Shown: in pieces, positions 49,567 to 58,901 of the stretch
Position numbering within the stretch: position 1 is the stretch's first letter
Layout: each line of letters starts with the position of its first letter
Source of the DNA: a candidate division WOR-1 bacterium RIFOXYB2_FULL_36_35
Lineage (GTDB): Bacteria > Margulisbacteria > WOR-1 > XYC2-FULL-46-14 > XYC2-FULL-37-10
Reading direction: 5' to 3'
Length of the DNA: 64,000 nucleotides
Assembly (NCBI GenBank): GCA_001771505.1
Contig: MEUA01000005.1
Location: forward strand, 10,808-74,807
The notes under the pieces: generated by a model
What the model was told of the DNA's origin: nothing
The model's input: the letters and a program-made list of their open reading frames with translations, nothing else
Database searches by the model: none
Translations under genes and position numbers: made by a program

Positions 49567-50664
49567 TTAAATAGTATTCAATATAGATACAATAAACTCA
49601 ACTTGTCCGGAAGTAAGCTCCGGATACATCGGCAGAGATAAAACCTCCTCCTGAGCCTTTTCAGCTTCCGGAAAATCACCTTTCTTATATCCTAAATTTT
49701 TATAAACCTCCTGCAAATGCAAACAAAGCGGATAATAAACCATATTGCCAATTCCGGCTTTATTTAGTCCCTCAATAATTGAAACCCTATTTTTTACGCG
49801 CACAGTATAATAATTAAAAGAATGTTTTATTCTATCTTCAACAACAGGAGTAAGAACTTCCTTATAATTTCCAAATAATTCAGCGTACAATTTTGCATTT
49901 TTTCTTCTCATTTCATTCCATTTATCAAGATATTTAAGCTTCACCCTCAAAATAGCGGCCTGAATAGTATCTAATCTGCTATTAAATCCATTTATAGAAT
50001 GATAATATTTCTTTTTTGAACCATGTTGCCTTAGCATTTTTGACATTTCATAAACTTTTTCATCATTCGTAACAACCATCCCACCATCCCCAAAACAGCC
50101 AAGATTTTTTCCCGGAAAAAAACTCAAACAGCCAACATCGCCGATTGCGCCAACCTTTTTCATATCATATTCTGCTCCAAGTGATTGGGCACAGTCCTCA
50201 ATTATTTTTAAATTATGTTTTTTCGCTAATGAAGCAATTTGATCCATTTCTACCGGATGACCGTAAAGATGAACAGGCAAAATAACCTTAGTTTTTTTAG
50301 TAATCGTGTCTTCAATTAAGCCAGGATTTATACAATATGTTTTTGGATCAATATCAACAAAGACAGGCTTTGCTCCAACATTAACAATAGCTTCCGTTGT
50401 TGCAATAAAAGTAAAAGGGGTTGTAATTACTTCATCTCCCGTTCCAATCCCTAAAGCCAAAAGAGCAATCTCCAAAGCATCTGTCCCTGACGCAACCCCC
50501 ACCGCGTATTTAACTCCCAGATAAGAACATACCTCATCTTCAAATAGTTTAACATCGGGACCAAGAATAAATTTGCCTTCTTTAATAACCCGCATTATAG
50601 CTTCATCTATTTCATTTTTAATAGATTCATATTGAATCCCAAGATCAATTAAAGGAACATTCAT
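49567..50664 (-). CDS. DegT-family aminotransferase, WbpE-like (UDP-3-keto-sugar 3-aminotransferase)
   Basis: [20 protein letters not shown] ... EDCAQSLGA. Adjacent to WbpD/WbpB/WbpA-like genes. Confidence 0.7.
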   Translation of the reverse strand: MNVPLIDLGIQYESIKNEIDEAIMRVIKEGKFILGPDVKLFEDEVCSYLGVKYAVGVASGTDALEIALLALGIGTGDEVITTPFTFIATTEAIVNVGAKPVFVDIDPKTYCINPGLIEDTITKKTKVILPVHLYGHPVEMDQIASLAKKHNLKIIEDCAQSLGAEYDMKKVGAIGDVGCLSFFPGKNLGCFGDGGMVVTNDEKVYEMSKMLRQHGSKKKYYHSINGFNSRLDTIQAAILRVKLKYLDKWNEMRRKNAKLYAELFGNYKEVLTPVVEDRIKHSFNYYTVRVKNRVSIIEGLNKAGIGNMVYYPLCLHLQEVYKNLGYKKGDFPEAEKAQEEVLSLPMYPELTSGQVEFIVSILNTI

Positions 50665-51236
50665 AAAGTTTTCTCAACCTTTTCCAGATTTTTTAAGTAT
50701 TTAAGTCCGCACTTGCCACATTTGGCAGAATTTTCCTGAAATTCAAGTTTTTGCCCACATTCACACATCCATCCCATAATTTTAGCAGGATTTCCATAAA
50801 CTAAAGCATAAGCAGGGATATCTTTTGTCACAACAGCGCCTGCTCCCACAAAAGCATTAATCCCTATTGTAACACCGCAAACAACAGTACAGTTTGCTCC
50901 TAAAGAAGCTCCTTCTTTTATTAGTGTTTTATAATATTTATCAGAAGTCTCTTGAGGATATTTGCAACGGGGATTTACAATATTTGTAAAAACCATCGAT
51001 GGACCACAAAAAACATAATCTTCAAGCTCAACCCCTCCATAAATTGAAACATTGTTTTGAATCTTGCAATTATTCCCGATTTTAACATTATTCTGGACAA
51101 ACACATTCTGGCCAAGTTTGCAATTTTTTCCAATTTTTACCCCCGAAGATATATGTGAAAAATGCCAGATCTTGGTCCCATCCCCTATTTCAACAGGAGT
51201 ATCAATAATTACTGTTTCATGTTTAAAATAATTCAT
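50661..51236 (-). CDS. left-handed beta-helix (hexapeptide-repeat) N-acetyltransferase, WbpD-like, with C-terminal Cys4 zinc-ribbon
   Basis: Hexapeptide repeats [32 protein letters not shown]-terminal CECGQK...CGKCG. Confidence 0.65.
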   Translation of the reverse strand: MNYFKHETVIIDTPVEIGDGTKIWHFSHISSGVKIGKNCKLGQNVFVQNNVKIGNNCKIQNNVSIYGGVELEDYVFCGPSMVFTNIVNPRCKYPQETSDKYYKTLIKEGASLGANCTVVCGVTIGINAFVGAGAVVTKDIPAYALVYGNPAKIMGWMCECGQKLEFQENSAKCGKCGLKYLKNLEKVEKTL

Positions 51237-52227
51237 TTACTTTTCCATTTTCCAAAGATTTTTGAGCAGAAGTCAACACTTTTAATACATCTAAACCATT
51301 TTTTCCGTTACTCAAAGGTTCGCTGCCATTTTTTATTGATTCAATAAAATGTTCACATTCTAATTTTAACGGAGTCTCTTTATCTACCTCAATTACAAAC
51401 TTTCCAGAATCCCTTAAAGTAAGTTTGTTGTTTAATTCCACTCCTTTATCAAACAGAACCAATGTCTCCTTTTCTGAAACCTCATCAAAAACAGCCATTT
51501 TTCTGCTGCCAACAACCACTGTTTGCCTTTTCTTATTAGGATCAAGCCAGCTTACATGAACATGCCCAATTTTACCGGAAGAAAATTTCATACTCAGATA
51601 AACAACATCCTCTATCCCAGACTGAATAAAAGATGATCCCAAAGCAAAAACCGTTTGTGGATGTTCATCTAACAAGTGCAAAATAATTGATATGTCATGC
51701 GGAGCCAAACTCCACATGGCATTTTCTGCTTTTCTTATTGTGCCAAGATTTAGGCGATGAGTATATATGCAATAAATATCACCCAATTCACCGGTTTTTA
51801 TCAACTGTTTCAGCTTTATAATGGCAGGATGATAAAGCATAAGGTGCCCAACCATTATTTTTTTATTCACTTTTTGCGCTAATTCAACCAGCTCCTGCGC
51901 TTCAGAAAACTTTAAAGTTATAGGTTTTTCTATGAAAACATGTTTATTTCGCTCAAGAACCTTTTTAGCAACAGAATAGTGATCAACTGCCGGAATCGCA
52001 ACAACAATGGCAGAAACCTCTTTGTCCTCAAGAATTTCATCATAATTATCTGTAAAAATCACATCAGGATATATCTTTGAAAATTTTTCTGTTTTTGATC
52101 GGTCAAAATCACAAGCATATTTAAGCTTACAATCAGGCAACAAATAAAAGTTCTTTAAAAGATTCTGCCCCCAATTCCCAAGACCTATCTGACCAATTAT
52201 CGTTTTTTTATCGGCATCTTTTTTCAT
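51223..52227 (-). CDS. Gfo/Idh/MocA oxidoreductase, WbpB-like (UDP-GlcNAcA 3-dehydrogenase type)
   Basis: [17 protein letters not shown] ... EKP. Gene context. Confidence 0.65.
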   Translation of the reverse strand: MKKDADKKTIIGQIGLGNWGQNLLKNFYLLPDCKLKYACDFDRSKTEKFSKIYPDVIFTDNYDEILEDKEVSAIVVAIPAVDHYSVAKKVLERNKHVFIEKPITLKFSEAQELVELAQKVNKKIMVGHLMLYHPAIIKLKQLIKTGELGDIYCIYTHRLNLGTIRKAENAMWSLAPHDISIILHLLDEHPQTVFALGSSFIQSGIEDVVYLSMKFSSGKIGHVHVSWLDPNKKRQTVVVGSRKMAVFDEVSEKETLVLFDKGVELNNKLTLRDSGKFVIEVDKETPLKLECEHFIESIKNGSEPLSNGKNGLDVLKVLTSAQKSLENGKVNELF

Positions 52228-53534
52228 AATTTTATTATATTTGCCCCAGATTTTTTTGAAACGCAGCTCATAGCATTGCGAGTATCAACTATCAAGACAG
52301 CTTTATTAAGTATCAATTTATAATCATAACTTGAATGAGCAGTTGCTATGACAACGCAATCATAATCCGAAATGGTTTTTCCATCCAGCTTTAAAGAAGA
52401 ATAATCTTTTCCGCAAATCTTAATTTTAGGAATAAAGGGGTCATTATAATCAACTTTTGCCCCTTTTTTATCAAGTATTTCTATGATTTTTAAAGAAGGC
52501 GACTCTCTGTAATCATCAATATCTTTTTTATAAGCAACACCCAAAACTAAAATTTTTGAGTTTTTTAAGCTCTTTTTGTCCTGATTTAGTCCATCTTGCA
52601 CAAGCTGCACAACATAATATGGCATTTGATCATTTAACTCACCTGCTAATTCGATGAAACGAGTATTCATATGATATTCTTTAGCTTTCCAAGAAAGATA
52701 AAACGGATCAAGCGGAATACAATGCCCTCCAAGACCTGGCCCGGGATAGAAAGGCATAAAACCATAAGGCTTTGTTTTGGCGGCATCTATTACTTCCCAT
52801 ATATCTATATCCATTTTTTTACAGAGAATAGCCAACTCATTAACTAATGCAATATTTACGCTTCTAAAAATATTTTCCAAAAGCTTTTCCATCTCCGCAA
52901 CTCTTGGAGTCGACACCAAATAAGTCTCCTTGATTATTTGAGAATAAAGTTTTCTTGTAAGCTCGCTGCATACAGGTGTCACTCCACCTATAACTTTGGT
53001 AATATTTTGGGTCCTAAATTTTTTATTGCCGGGATCTACTCTTTCAGGAGAAAAAGCCAAATAAAAATCTTTACCGACCTTCAATCCTGATTTCTCTAGC
53101 TTGGGAAGGACTACTTCTTCTGTTGTCCCAGGATAAGTTGTGCTTTCTAAAACCACAAGCTGGCCTTTTTTTAGTGTTTTTGAAATGTGAAAAGTCACTG
53201 ATTTAACATAAGATATATCCGGTTGTTTGTTCTTATCAAGGGGAGTAGGAACACAGATAATAATCGCATCAACAGCCTTAAGCTCGAAAAAATCATCTGT
53301 TATTTTTATTTTCTTATTTCTAACAGCTTTAAGCAAATCTTTTGAAGAGACATCAGAAATGTAGTTTTGCCCTCTATCAAGCATCTCCCTTCTTTTTGGG
53401 TTCTGCTCTATCCCAACAACACAAAAACCAGCTTTGCAAAACTCAACAGCTAAAGGAAGACCAACATAACCCAACCCAACAATGCCTATTTTTGCTTTTT
53501 TAGATCCTATTTTATCTAGTAAAACTTTATCCAT
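52224..53534 (-). CDS. UDP-N-acetyl-D-hexosamine 6-dehydrogenase (WbpA/WecC/Ugd-family nucleotide-sugar dehydrogenase)
   Basis: KIGIVGLGYVGLPLAVEF ... catalytic GGHCIPLDP (a Cys-containing motif). Confidence 0.8.
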   Translation of the reverse strand: MDKVLLDKIGSKKAKIGIVGLGYVGLPLAVEFCKAGFCVVGIEQNPKRREMLDRGQNYISDVSSKDLLKAVRNKKIKITDDFFELKAVDAIIICVPTPLDKNKQPDISYVKSVTFHISKTLKKGQLVVLESTTYPGTTEEVVLPKLEKSGLKVGKDFYLAFSPERVDPGNKKFRTQNITKVIGGVTPVCSELTRKLYSQIIKETYLVSTPRVAEMEKLLENIFRSVNIALVNELAILCKKMDIDIWEVIDAAKTKPYGFMPFYPGPGLGGHCIPLDPFYLSWKAKEYHMNTRFIELAGELNDQMPYYVVQLVQDGLNQDKKSLKNSKILVLGVAYKKDIDDYRESPSLKIIEILDKKGAKVDYNDPFIPKIKICGKDYSSLKLDGKTISDYDCVVIATAHSSYDYKLILNKAVLIVDTRNAMSCVSKKSGANIIKL

Positions 53535-53604
53535 TTTTAGATACTAAAAGATTTATTTATCGCCTATATATAACTTAAAATTAAGTATACCACTTACGAA
53601 AATT

Positions 53605-53641
53605 TTGTCTATAACTAATCAAGACCAGTCAACACCAGTCA
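53605..53641. repeat. ~37-nt direct repeat copy A, built from three 10-bp iterons (TGACTGGTNT-like)
   Basis: ttgtctataactaatcaagaccagtcaacaccagtca. Near-identical to 54759-54795. It overlaps the stop codon of the FAD oxidoreductase gene and sits ~70 nt upstream of the next gene start. Confidence 0.7.
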
Positions 53642-54748
53642 CAAGGAGATTATGCCGCCAACATGCTTCCCAATTGCCAAACAAGCTGTTAACCCTGGAG
53701 ATTCAATTCCTATCAAATTTACAAAGCCAGGAAACCCATTTTCAGTCTCCTCTTTTATCATAAAATCTCTAACCCCATCATTTAATCCTTGTAATTTTGG
53801 TCTCATTCCGGATGTATCCGGCATAAGTTGTTCCTCTCTTAAAAATGGCAAATAATGCTTTGCGGCTTTATAAAAAGCCTCTCTTTTACTGGAATCAACA
53901 TCATAATAAATATGATCAACATAAGTTGCATCAGGACCCAATTTTACACATCCTTCAAGATCAAGTGTCGCATGAACACCAAGCCCATATCCTTTTTCAT
54001 GAGGAACCGGATATACAAGATGATGCAGCATACCCGAGGCTCTAGATATCGAAAAATAGTCGCCTTTGCAATAATGGAGCCTGTACCCAAGCAAATCAAC
54101 ATCAAATCCCGTAATTTTAGCTATTTTATCCGAATAAAGACCCGCGGCATTCACAACTATTTCTGAAAGAATTTTTTCTCCTCTTAAAGTTTCAATAATA
54201 TATCCCTCAAAAGTTTTTACAATCTTTACAACCTCATTCTCAAAGGCAAACATTGTCCCATTATTTTGAGCTTCTTCATGCAAAATTTTCATTAAACCAT
54301 GAGAATCAATTATTCCAGTGGTAGAAGAAAATACGCCATTTAACGCGTAAACTTGGGGCTCTATCTTAAAGATTTCATCTTTGGTTAAAAGTGTAAGACC
54401 TGGAACACCAATTGAAGTTGATTTTTCATAAATAGATCTTATTTGTATTGCCTCTTGTTCATTTGTAGAAACTATAATTTTACCGCAATTTTTATGTCTA
54501 ATTCCTTTTAATTTACAAAACTCGTATAAGAGTTTATTGCCGAAAAGGCAAAGATTACTCTTTAAGGAATTTTTGGGATAATAAATACCAGCATGGATAA
54601 CCTCACTATTACGGCTGCTTATTTCCTGACCAAAATGCGCATTTTTTTCAAAAACAACAATATCTCCGCATATTTTCTCTGACAGTTCTCTTGCAATTGC
54701 AAGCCCAACAACTCCCGCACCAATTATTGAAACTTTAATTTTATCCAT
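53639..54748 (-). CDS. FAD-dependent oxidoreductase (DAO/LhgO-like)
   Basis: KVSIIGAGVVGLAIAREL (GxGxxG dinucleotide fold). Length 369 aa. Confidence 0.7.
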   Translation of the reverse strand: MDKIKVSIIGAGVVGLAIARELSEKICGDIVVFEKNAHFGQEISSRNSEVIHAGIYYPKNSLKSNLCLFGNKLLYEFCKLKGIRHKNCGKIIVSTNEQEAIQIRSIYEKSTSIGVPGLTLLTKDEIFKIEPQVYALNGVFSSTTGIIDSHGLMKILHEEAQNNGTMFAFENEVVKIVKTFEGYIIETLRGEKILSEIVVNAAGLYSDKIAKITGFDVDLLGYRLHYCKGDYFSISRASGMLHHLVYPVPHEKGYGLGVHATLDLEGCVKLGPDATYVDHIYYDVDSSKREAFYKAAKHYLPFLREEQLMPDTSGMRPKLQGLNDGVRDFMIKEETENGFPGFVNLIGIESPGLTACLAIGKHVGGIISL

Positions 54749-54758
54749 TTAAATTTTT

Positions 54759-54795
54759 TTGTCTACAACTAATCAAGACCAGTCAAAATTAGTCA
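54759..54795. repeat. ~37-nt direct repeat copy B (three 10-bp iterons)
   Basis: ttgtctacaactaatcaagaccagtcaaaattagtca. It lies in the 55-nt intergenic gap immediately upstream of the FAD oxidoreductase start codon. Confidence 0.7.
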
Positions 54796-54803
54796 TATCT
54801 TCT

Positions 54804-56369
54804 CTAATATTTCACTTTTTCCGTTACATTTATAAATTTATAAGGCCTAAAATAACTTGAAAAATAGCTTTTATCTTCCAATATCTGGAAATTACCTCCA
54901 AAATACCAATTAAATATTAGACGAAAAGTATTCACAGGACTTATGCTCGTATTTACAAACTCCACATCTGGCAAATAGTATGCATTTAAAATACGCATTT
55001 GACCTTTTAAGTTAGCATCGGAAAAGAGTTTTCCCATATGTTTTGGCTTATTTCTTATATCCGTAGGTTTGTTTTTTATATCCTGTTCAAATAAATAACC
55101 GGCGCCATGGTCACCCTGTATTATAATAATAGGTTTTACTTTTGACTTTGATAACAAAGAGTCAACCAACTGCATCACCTTTTTATTGATAAATCGAAGC
55201 TGAGGAACATATAAACTGTGATCAAACCACCCAGCAACCCCTTTAGGCAACTTTAACTTTGAACCATTCGAATTAAAAATAAAAGGAGGATGAGGGGATA
55301 ATATATGGGCAAATACAAATGTTGGATTTTTATTATTTGAAACCTCTTCTATCTCTTTAAACTGATCAATGACCCTACACCTTAAAACCGGAAAAGTAAT
55401 CTGTATGCTAAAAGGATGAAATATGCTACTTTCTAATAAAAGCATATTAAATTCATCAAGTAAGATCTTATCCATGAAAGAAGCTGTACTCGGAGTTGAA
55501 GAAGTAGCCTTCCACCACGAACCTATATTTATAATTTCATATCCGTTTTGTGCAAAAGTTTTTTCCACGACAGCATTTTTCATCATCTCTTGTAAATACG
55601 AAATATCATTAGATTCTTGCCCCATTATCCTTCCAACAAAATCCAAGTAAGTCATATTTAAAGACGAGGAAAGAGAGGCTAGAGTAAAAGCATAATTACT
55701 AAAACTTTTATCCGCGACATAAAAACCTCTTTTTTTTAAGGAGTTTGTAAAACTCGAATTATCATAACCAAATAAACCTTTTAAAACACTGTCAGACGAA
55801 TAAGCATCAAGAATTATATAATAAACATCTCTTTTCTTTGATTTTTCAGAAAAAATAAAACCCAAAGAATTCATCTTTTTAACACTTTTTAGGGCATTAA
55901 CATCAACCCTTTTATGAATATTATTTAATTTATAAGACAAAAAGTTAAACACTAATCCCAAAACCAAAACAAAAGCAACTACATTAAAAAAATAATTAAT
56001 CTTCTCCAATTGCTTATTTCTCCTAAAATAAATCATCAACGCAACAAACAAGCAAACTAGCACAAAAACCCAAAATGCCAATAAAAACCTTTCCCTAATA
56101 AATATATATTCAATTAAAAGATTTGAAAATAAAAAACAAAAACTCCCGTATAAAAAAATCCATAAAAAGAGAACAGAAGAAATTACAGAAGCTAGGTTTA
56201 AGTTCCTTAAAACAATAAATAAAACAACCCATAACAGAAAATAGATAAATATAAAAAATAATAATTTTGGAAAAACATCAAAAAAACCAAGTTCACCTAA
56301 ATTATTAAAAAACAAAAACAGAACAGGATATACGGCAAAAACAAAAGGATATATTATGATTTTTTTCAT
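54804..56369 (-). CDS. membrane-anchored sulfatase / alkaline-phosphatase-superfamily protein (LtaS / phosphoethanolamine- or phosphoglycerol-transferase-like)
   Basis: Five N-terminal TM helices. C-terminal domain with YYIILDAYSSD ... IIIIQGDHGAG (the GDHG motif of the sulfatase family). Confidence 0.6.
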   Translation of the reverse strand: MKKIIIYPFVFAVYPVLFLFFNNLGELGFFDVFPKLLFFIFIYFLLWVVLFIVLRNLNLASVISSVLFLWIFLYGSFCFLFSNLLIEYIFIRERFLLAFWVFVLVCLFVALMIYFRRNKQLEKINYFFNVVAFVLVLGLVFNFLSYKLNNIHKRVDVNALKSVKKMNSLGFIFSEKSKKRDVYYIILDAYSSDSVLKGLFGYDNSSFTNSLKKRGFYVADKSFSNYAFTLASLSSSLNMTYLDFVGRIMGQESNDISYLQEMMKNAVVEKTFAQNGYEIINIGSWWKATSSTPSTASFMDKILLDEFNMLLLESSIFHPFSIQITFPVLRCRVIDQFKEIEEVSNNKNPTFVFAHILSPHPPFIFNSNGSKLKLPKGVAGWFDHSLYVPQLRFINKKVMQLVDSLLSKSKVKPIIIIQGDHGAGYLFEQDIKNKPTDIRNKPKHMGKLFSDANLKGQMRILNAYYLPDVEFVNTSISPVNTFRLIFNWYFGGNFQILEDKSYFSSYFRPYKFINVTEKVKY

Positions 56370-57739
56370 TTTTTCGCTCTCATAAGATATAGTGTTCTAT
56401 GAGAACCGGGTATTTCAACCGTTTTCTCAGTAATAAATTTTTTTTCAAATGTCGCCTTAAAATTTTCAGAATTATAATGAGGAAATATATCCTTTCTTGA
56501 ATTGAAAAGTTTCTGTGCCATAGAATCCTCTTTTTCCACAAATTCTATTATAAGCCAATTACAAATTTTGCTAAAAAAATCGGCAATCTTTATAAAAGGG
56601 ATATTGCAACTTATCGCTAAATGATGAATCAACGCCAAAGCCATAACCAAATCAGCAGGTCCCCTCTTTATTAAAGAATCTCTCTCTAAATTTGCCCAAC
56701 CTAAAGAGGGAGTAGGATTTAACAAATCCAAAAACAATGGCAATATCTTTTCAAACTTAGATTTATTGTAAATATCTTCAATACAAAAAAAATCATTGTC
56801 AAAGGCTATTGTTTCTATGTTTTTACTGGCTGCTATTTCAGAAAAACCACCTGTATTACAACCCAAATCCCAAACATTAAAAGGCTTCAGAATATCAATA
56901 AAATCTAAAATTACACTTTTTTTAAATTCAAAAGAGTGTGGAGAATAATTATTACTAACATAGTAATCTTTCCAATGACTATGTTTTTTGTTTAACTTTA
57001 ATTTTTCAACAACCGATTGAAGATTATCTATAAGCGCGTAAAAATGGGTTTTACTAAAAAACACCTTCTTTGAAAATATTCTTCTCTCCTCATATTTTTT
57101 TTGAGCTTTTGAATGCAAATGAATATGAATAAAAATACCAGGATTCAACCAACTTGTCTTTGGCAAAACAGAGCTAACCAAATCAAGGGGAATCCCATTT
57201 ATAAAAACCTTAAAAAGCTGAGAAAGCCTATAATCCTTAAAAGCCATTAACACTAAAGGCCCTAAAAAATGTTCGCAAAACTGCTTATACGCAATCCAAG
57301 GTTCACCTTCATCGTATTTTTCAAAAGATAGAGTATCTATTAATTTAGGATTCCCCTTCACAAACTGAATATTAAAAGCGCTAGCATCTTTAAGCGTCAT
57401 ATCAAAATCAAGCGCTGTTTTTTGTAAATTTAAAGTGAGCAATGCAGCATCTTTTAGTTGTCCAAAACACCACTCATATGGATAAGAAATAAAAGAAATA
57501 CGTTCCGGTTTAATTATCTTATATGCTATATTTGAATTTTGAGCTTCAACTGAAACTTCTTTGTGAGAAATTAGAGTGTTTGCCTCCACAAGCTTATCAT
57601 AAAGCCCGCAGCGCATAAACATTTCATAATTATTTTTATAGGTAAAATTTATCTGTCTATAAATCTCTCCGTCTTTACTGAAAACAAAACCTGAAGGGTC
57701 TTTAAAGGAACCACCTATTAACGAACTATCACTTTGCAT
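56366..57739 (-). CDS. hypothetical 457-aa protein with C-terminal SAM-methyltransferase-like motif
   Basis: VWDLGCNTGGFSEIAASKN resembles MTase motif I. The N-terminal ~280 aa are unrecognised. Confidence 0.35.
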   Translation of the reverse strand: MQSDSSLIGGSFKDPSGFVFSKDGEIYRQINFTYKNNYEMFMRCGLYDKLVEANTLISHKEVSVEAQNSNIAYKIIKPERISFISYPYEWCFGQLKDAALLTLNLQKTALDFDMTLKDASAFNIQFVKGNPKLIDTLSFEKYDEGEPWIAYKQFCEHFLGPLVLMAFKDYRLSQLFKVFINGIPLDLVSSVLPKTSWLNPGIFIHIHLHSKAQKKYEERRIFSKKVFFSKTHFYALIDNLQSVVEKLKLNKKHSHWKDYYVSNNYSPHSFEFKKSVILDFIDILKPFNVWDLGCNTGGFSEIAASKNIETIAFDNDFFCIEDIYNKSKFEKILPLFLDLLNPTPSLGWANLERDSLIKRGPADLVMALALIHHLAISCNIPFIKIADFFSKICNWLIIEFVEKEDSMAQKLFNSRKDIFPHYNSENFKATFEKKFITEKTVEIPGSHRTLYLMRAKK

Positions 57740-57944
57740 CTTTTTTTTCTTTAAAACGGGGGATTTTTTTTGATGCTTTAGAGATAAAAACTTTTATAGA
57801 ATAAATAGAGCCTATAAAAAAAGCTAGTAATATTTGAAAAATATAGCTCCCTGCTCCTGGATCAAGATAAGCAAAAGCTTGATTGGAAAATGAAGAACAA
57901 AAAAATAAAACTAAACAAAAAAAACAACTTGTATAAAGAAACAT
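57729..57944 (-). CDS. small (71 aa) hydrophobic protein, possible single-pass membrane peptide
   Basis: The ORF fits the 17-nt gap after the Wzz-like gene. It has a strongly hydrophobic core, LAFFIGSIYSIKVFI. No homology recognised. Confidence 0.3.
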   Translation of the reverse strand: MFLYTSCFFCLVLFFCSSFSNQAFAYLDPGAGSYIFQILLAFFIGSIYSIKVFISKASKKIPRFKEKKDAK

Positions 57945-57961
57945 CAGCTACTCCTTTTAAA

Positions 57962-58855
57962 TTAAATATTGCTCTTCTTCCAATACTCTCTAAAGAAAAC
58001 AACAAAAACACCCGTAAACAAACCAACAACAAAACCTATCATCAAATTCAGTTTGATTTTAGGTTTGCTGCGCCCCAAAGGCTTTTCCGCAGGATCTAAA
58101 ACAGAAAATGGGGAGAGCTCTTTTGAAGCTTCAAGTTTTGTGGCTTCAAGCTCTTTTTTAAGCATTGTGTAAACCGAATTATAAATCTCATAATCGCGTT
58201 GAATTCCACTCTGTCCTGAGAAAGAAAAACCAGTAGCGCCCCTTGGCACAAGCTTTAACTTATCTTCTATATTTTTTAATTCCTCTTCAACTCTAGGCAA
58301 TTCAGCTTTTATATAATCAAGCTTTTTATGCGCTTCTGTATAATTTAGCTCATTCCAATAATAGGACAAAGCATTAACAAATCCATTTGCGACATCTGCC
58401 GCAAGCTGAGGATCAAAAGCTGCTGCTTTTATCTGCAGAACATTTCCTGAAGAGTCAGGAGGTAACAACATCCCACTTACTGAAGAGATTAAAGTCCTCG
58501 TTTCTATTCCAGGGTCATCCCAACCCTTTATTCTGTGAACCAAGTCAAGATCCTTAAGCACTTTTGCCGCAACAGCTTTACTCTTTAATAATTCCTGTAA
58601 TTCTGCAATATTCCCTCCTCCACTTAAATTAATGCCTAATGCGCCAGCAATTCCGGCATACTGAGAAACAGAAGACTGGCTTCCACGAAGCAAGACAGTA
58701 GCTGAAGCTTCGTATACAGGCTTTTGCCTTACGCTTAAAAAGAAAGCAAATAAAACAAAAACAAAAGCTGTAAAAACAACTAACACCCAACGCTTCAGCA
58801 AAACATCTAAATATTCTCTCAAATTTATTTCATCGTCATCATAATTTTGATCCAC
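57962..58855 (-). CDS. Wzz-like polysaccharide co-polymerase (PCP, chain-length determinant), without kinase domain
   Basis: LREYLDVLLKRWVLVVFTAFVFVLF (N-terminal TM), a coiled periplasmic region, and a C-terminal TM LMIGFVVGLFTGVFVVFF. Confidence 0.6.
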   Translation of the reverse strand: MDQNYDDDEINLREYLDVLLKRWVLVVFTAFVFVLFAFFLSVRQKPVYEASATVLLRGSQSSVSQYAGIAGALGINLSGGGNIAELQELLKSKAVAAKVLKDLDLVHRIKGWDDPGIETRTLISSVSGMLLPPDSSGNVLQIKAAAFDPQLAADVANGFVNALSYYWNELNYTEAHKKLDYIKAELPRVEEELKNIEDKLKLVPRGATGFSFSGQSGIQRDYEIYNSVYTMLKKELEATKLEASKELSPFSVLDPAEKPLGRSKPKIKLNLMIGFVVGLFTGVFVVFFREYWKKSNI

Positions 58856-58901
58856 AGCTAAACTCCTATTAAAGCAACAACCTTTCTATGTCTGATTCTC
58901 C

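Noticed and set aside
53639-54748. The possibility that the repeat-flanked FAD oxidoreductase is a mobile element or insertion sequence.
   Set aside because: The bracketed segment encodes only a metabolic flavoenzyme and no recombinase. The repeats are direct rather than inverted, and they are built of phased 10-bp iterons, which is more typical of protein-binding regulatory sites. I kept this as a finding about regulation or cassette structure, not as a mobile element.
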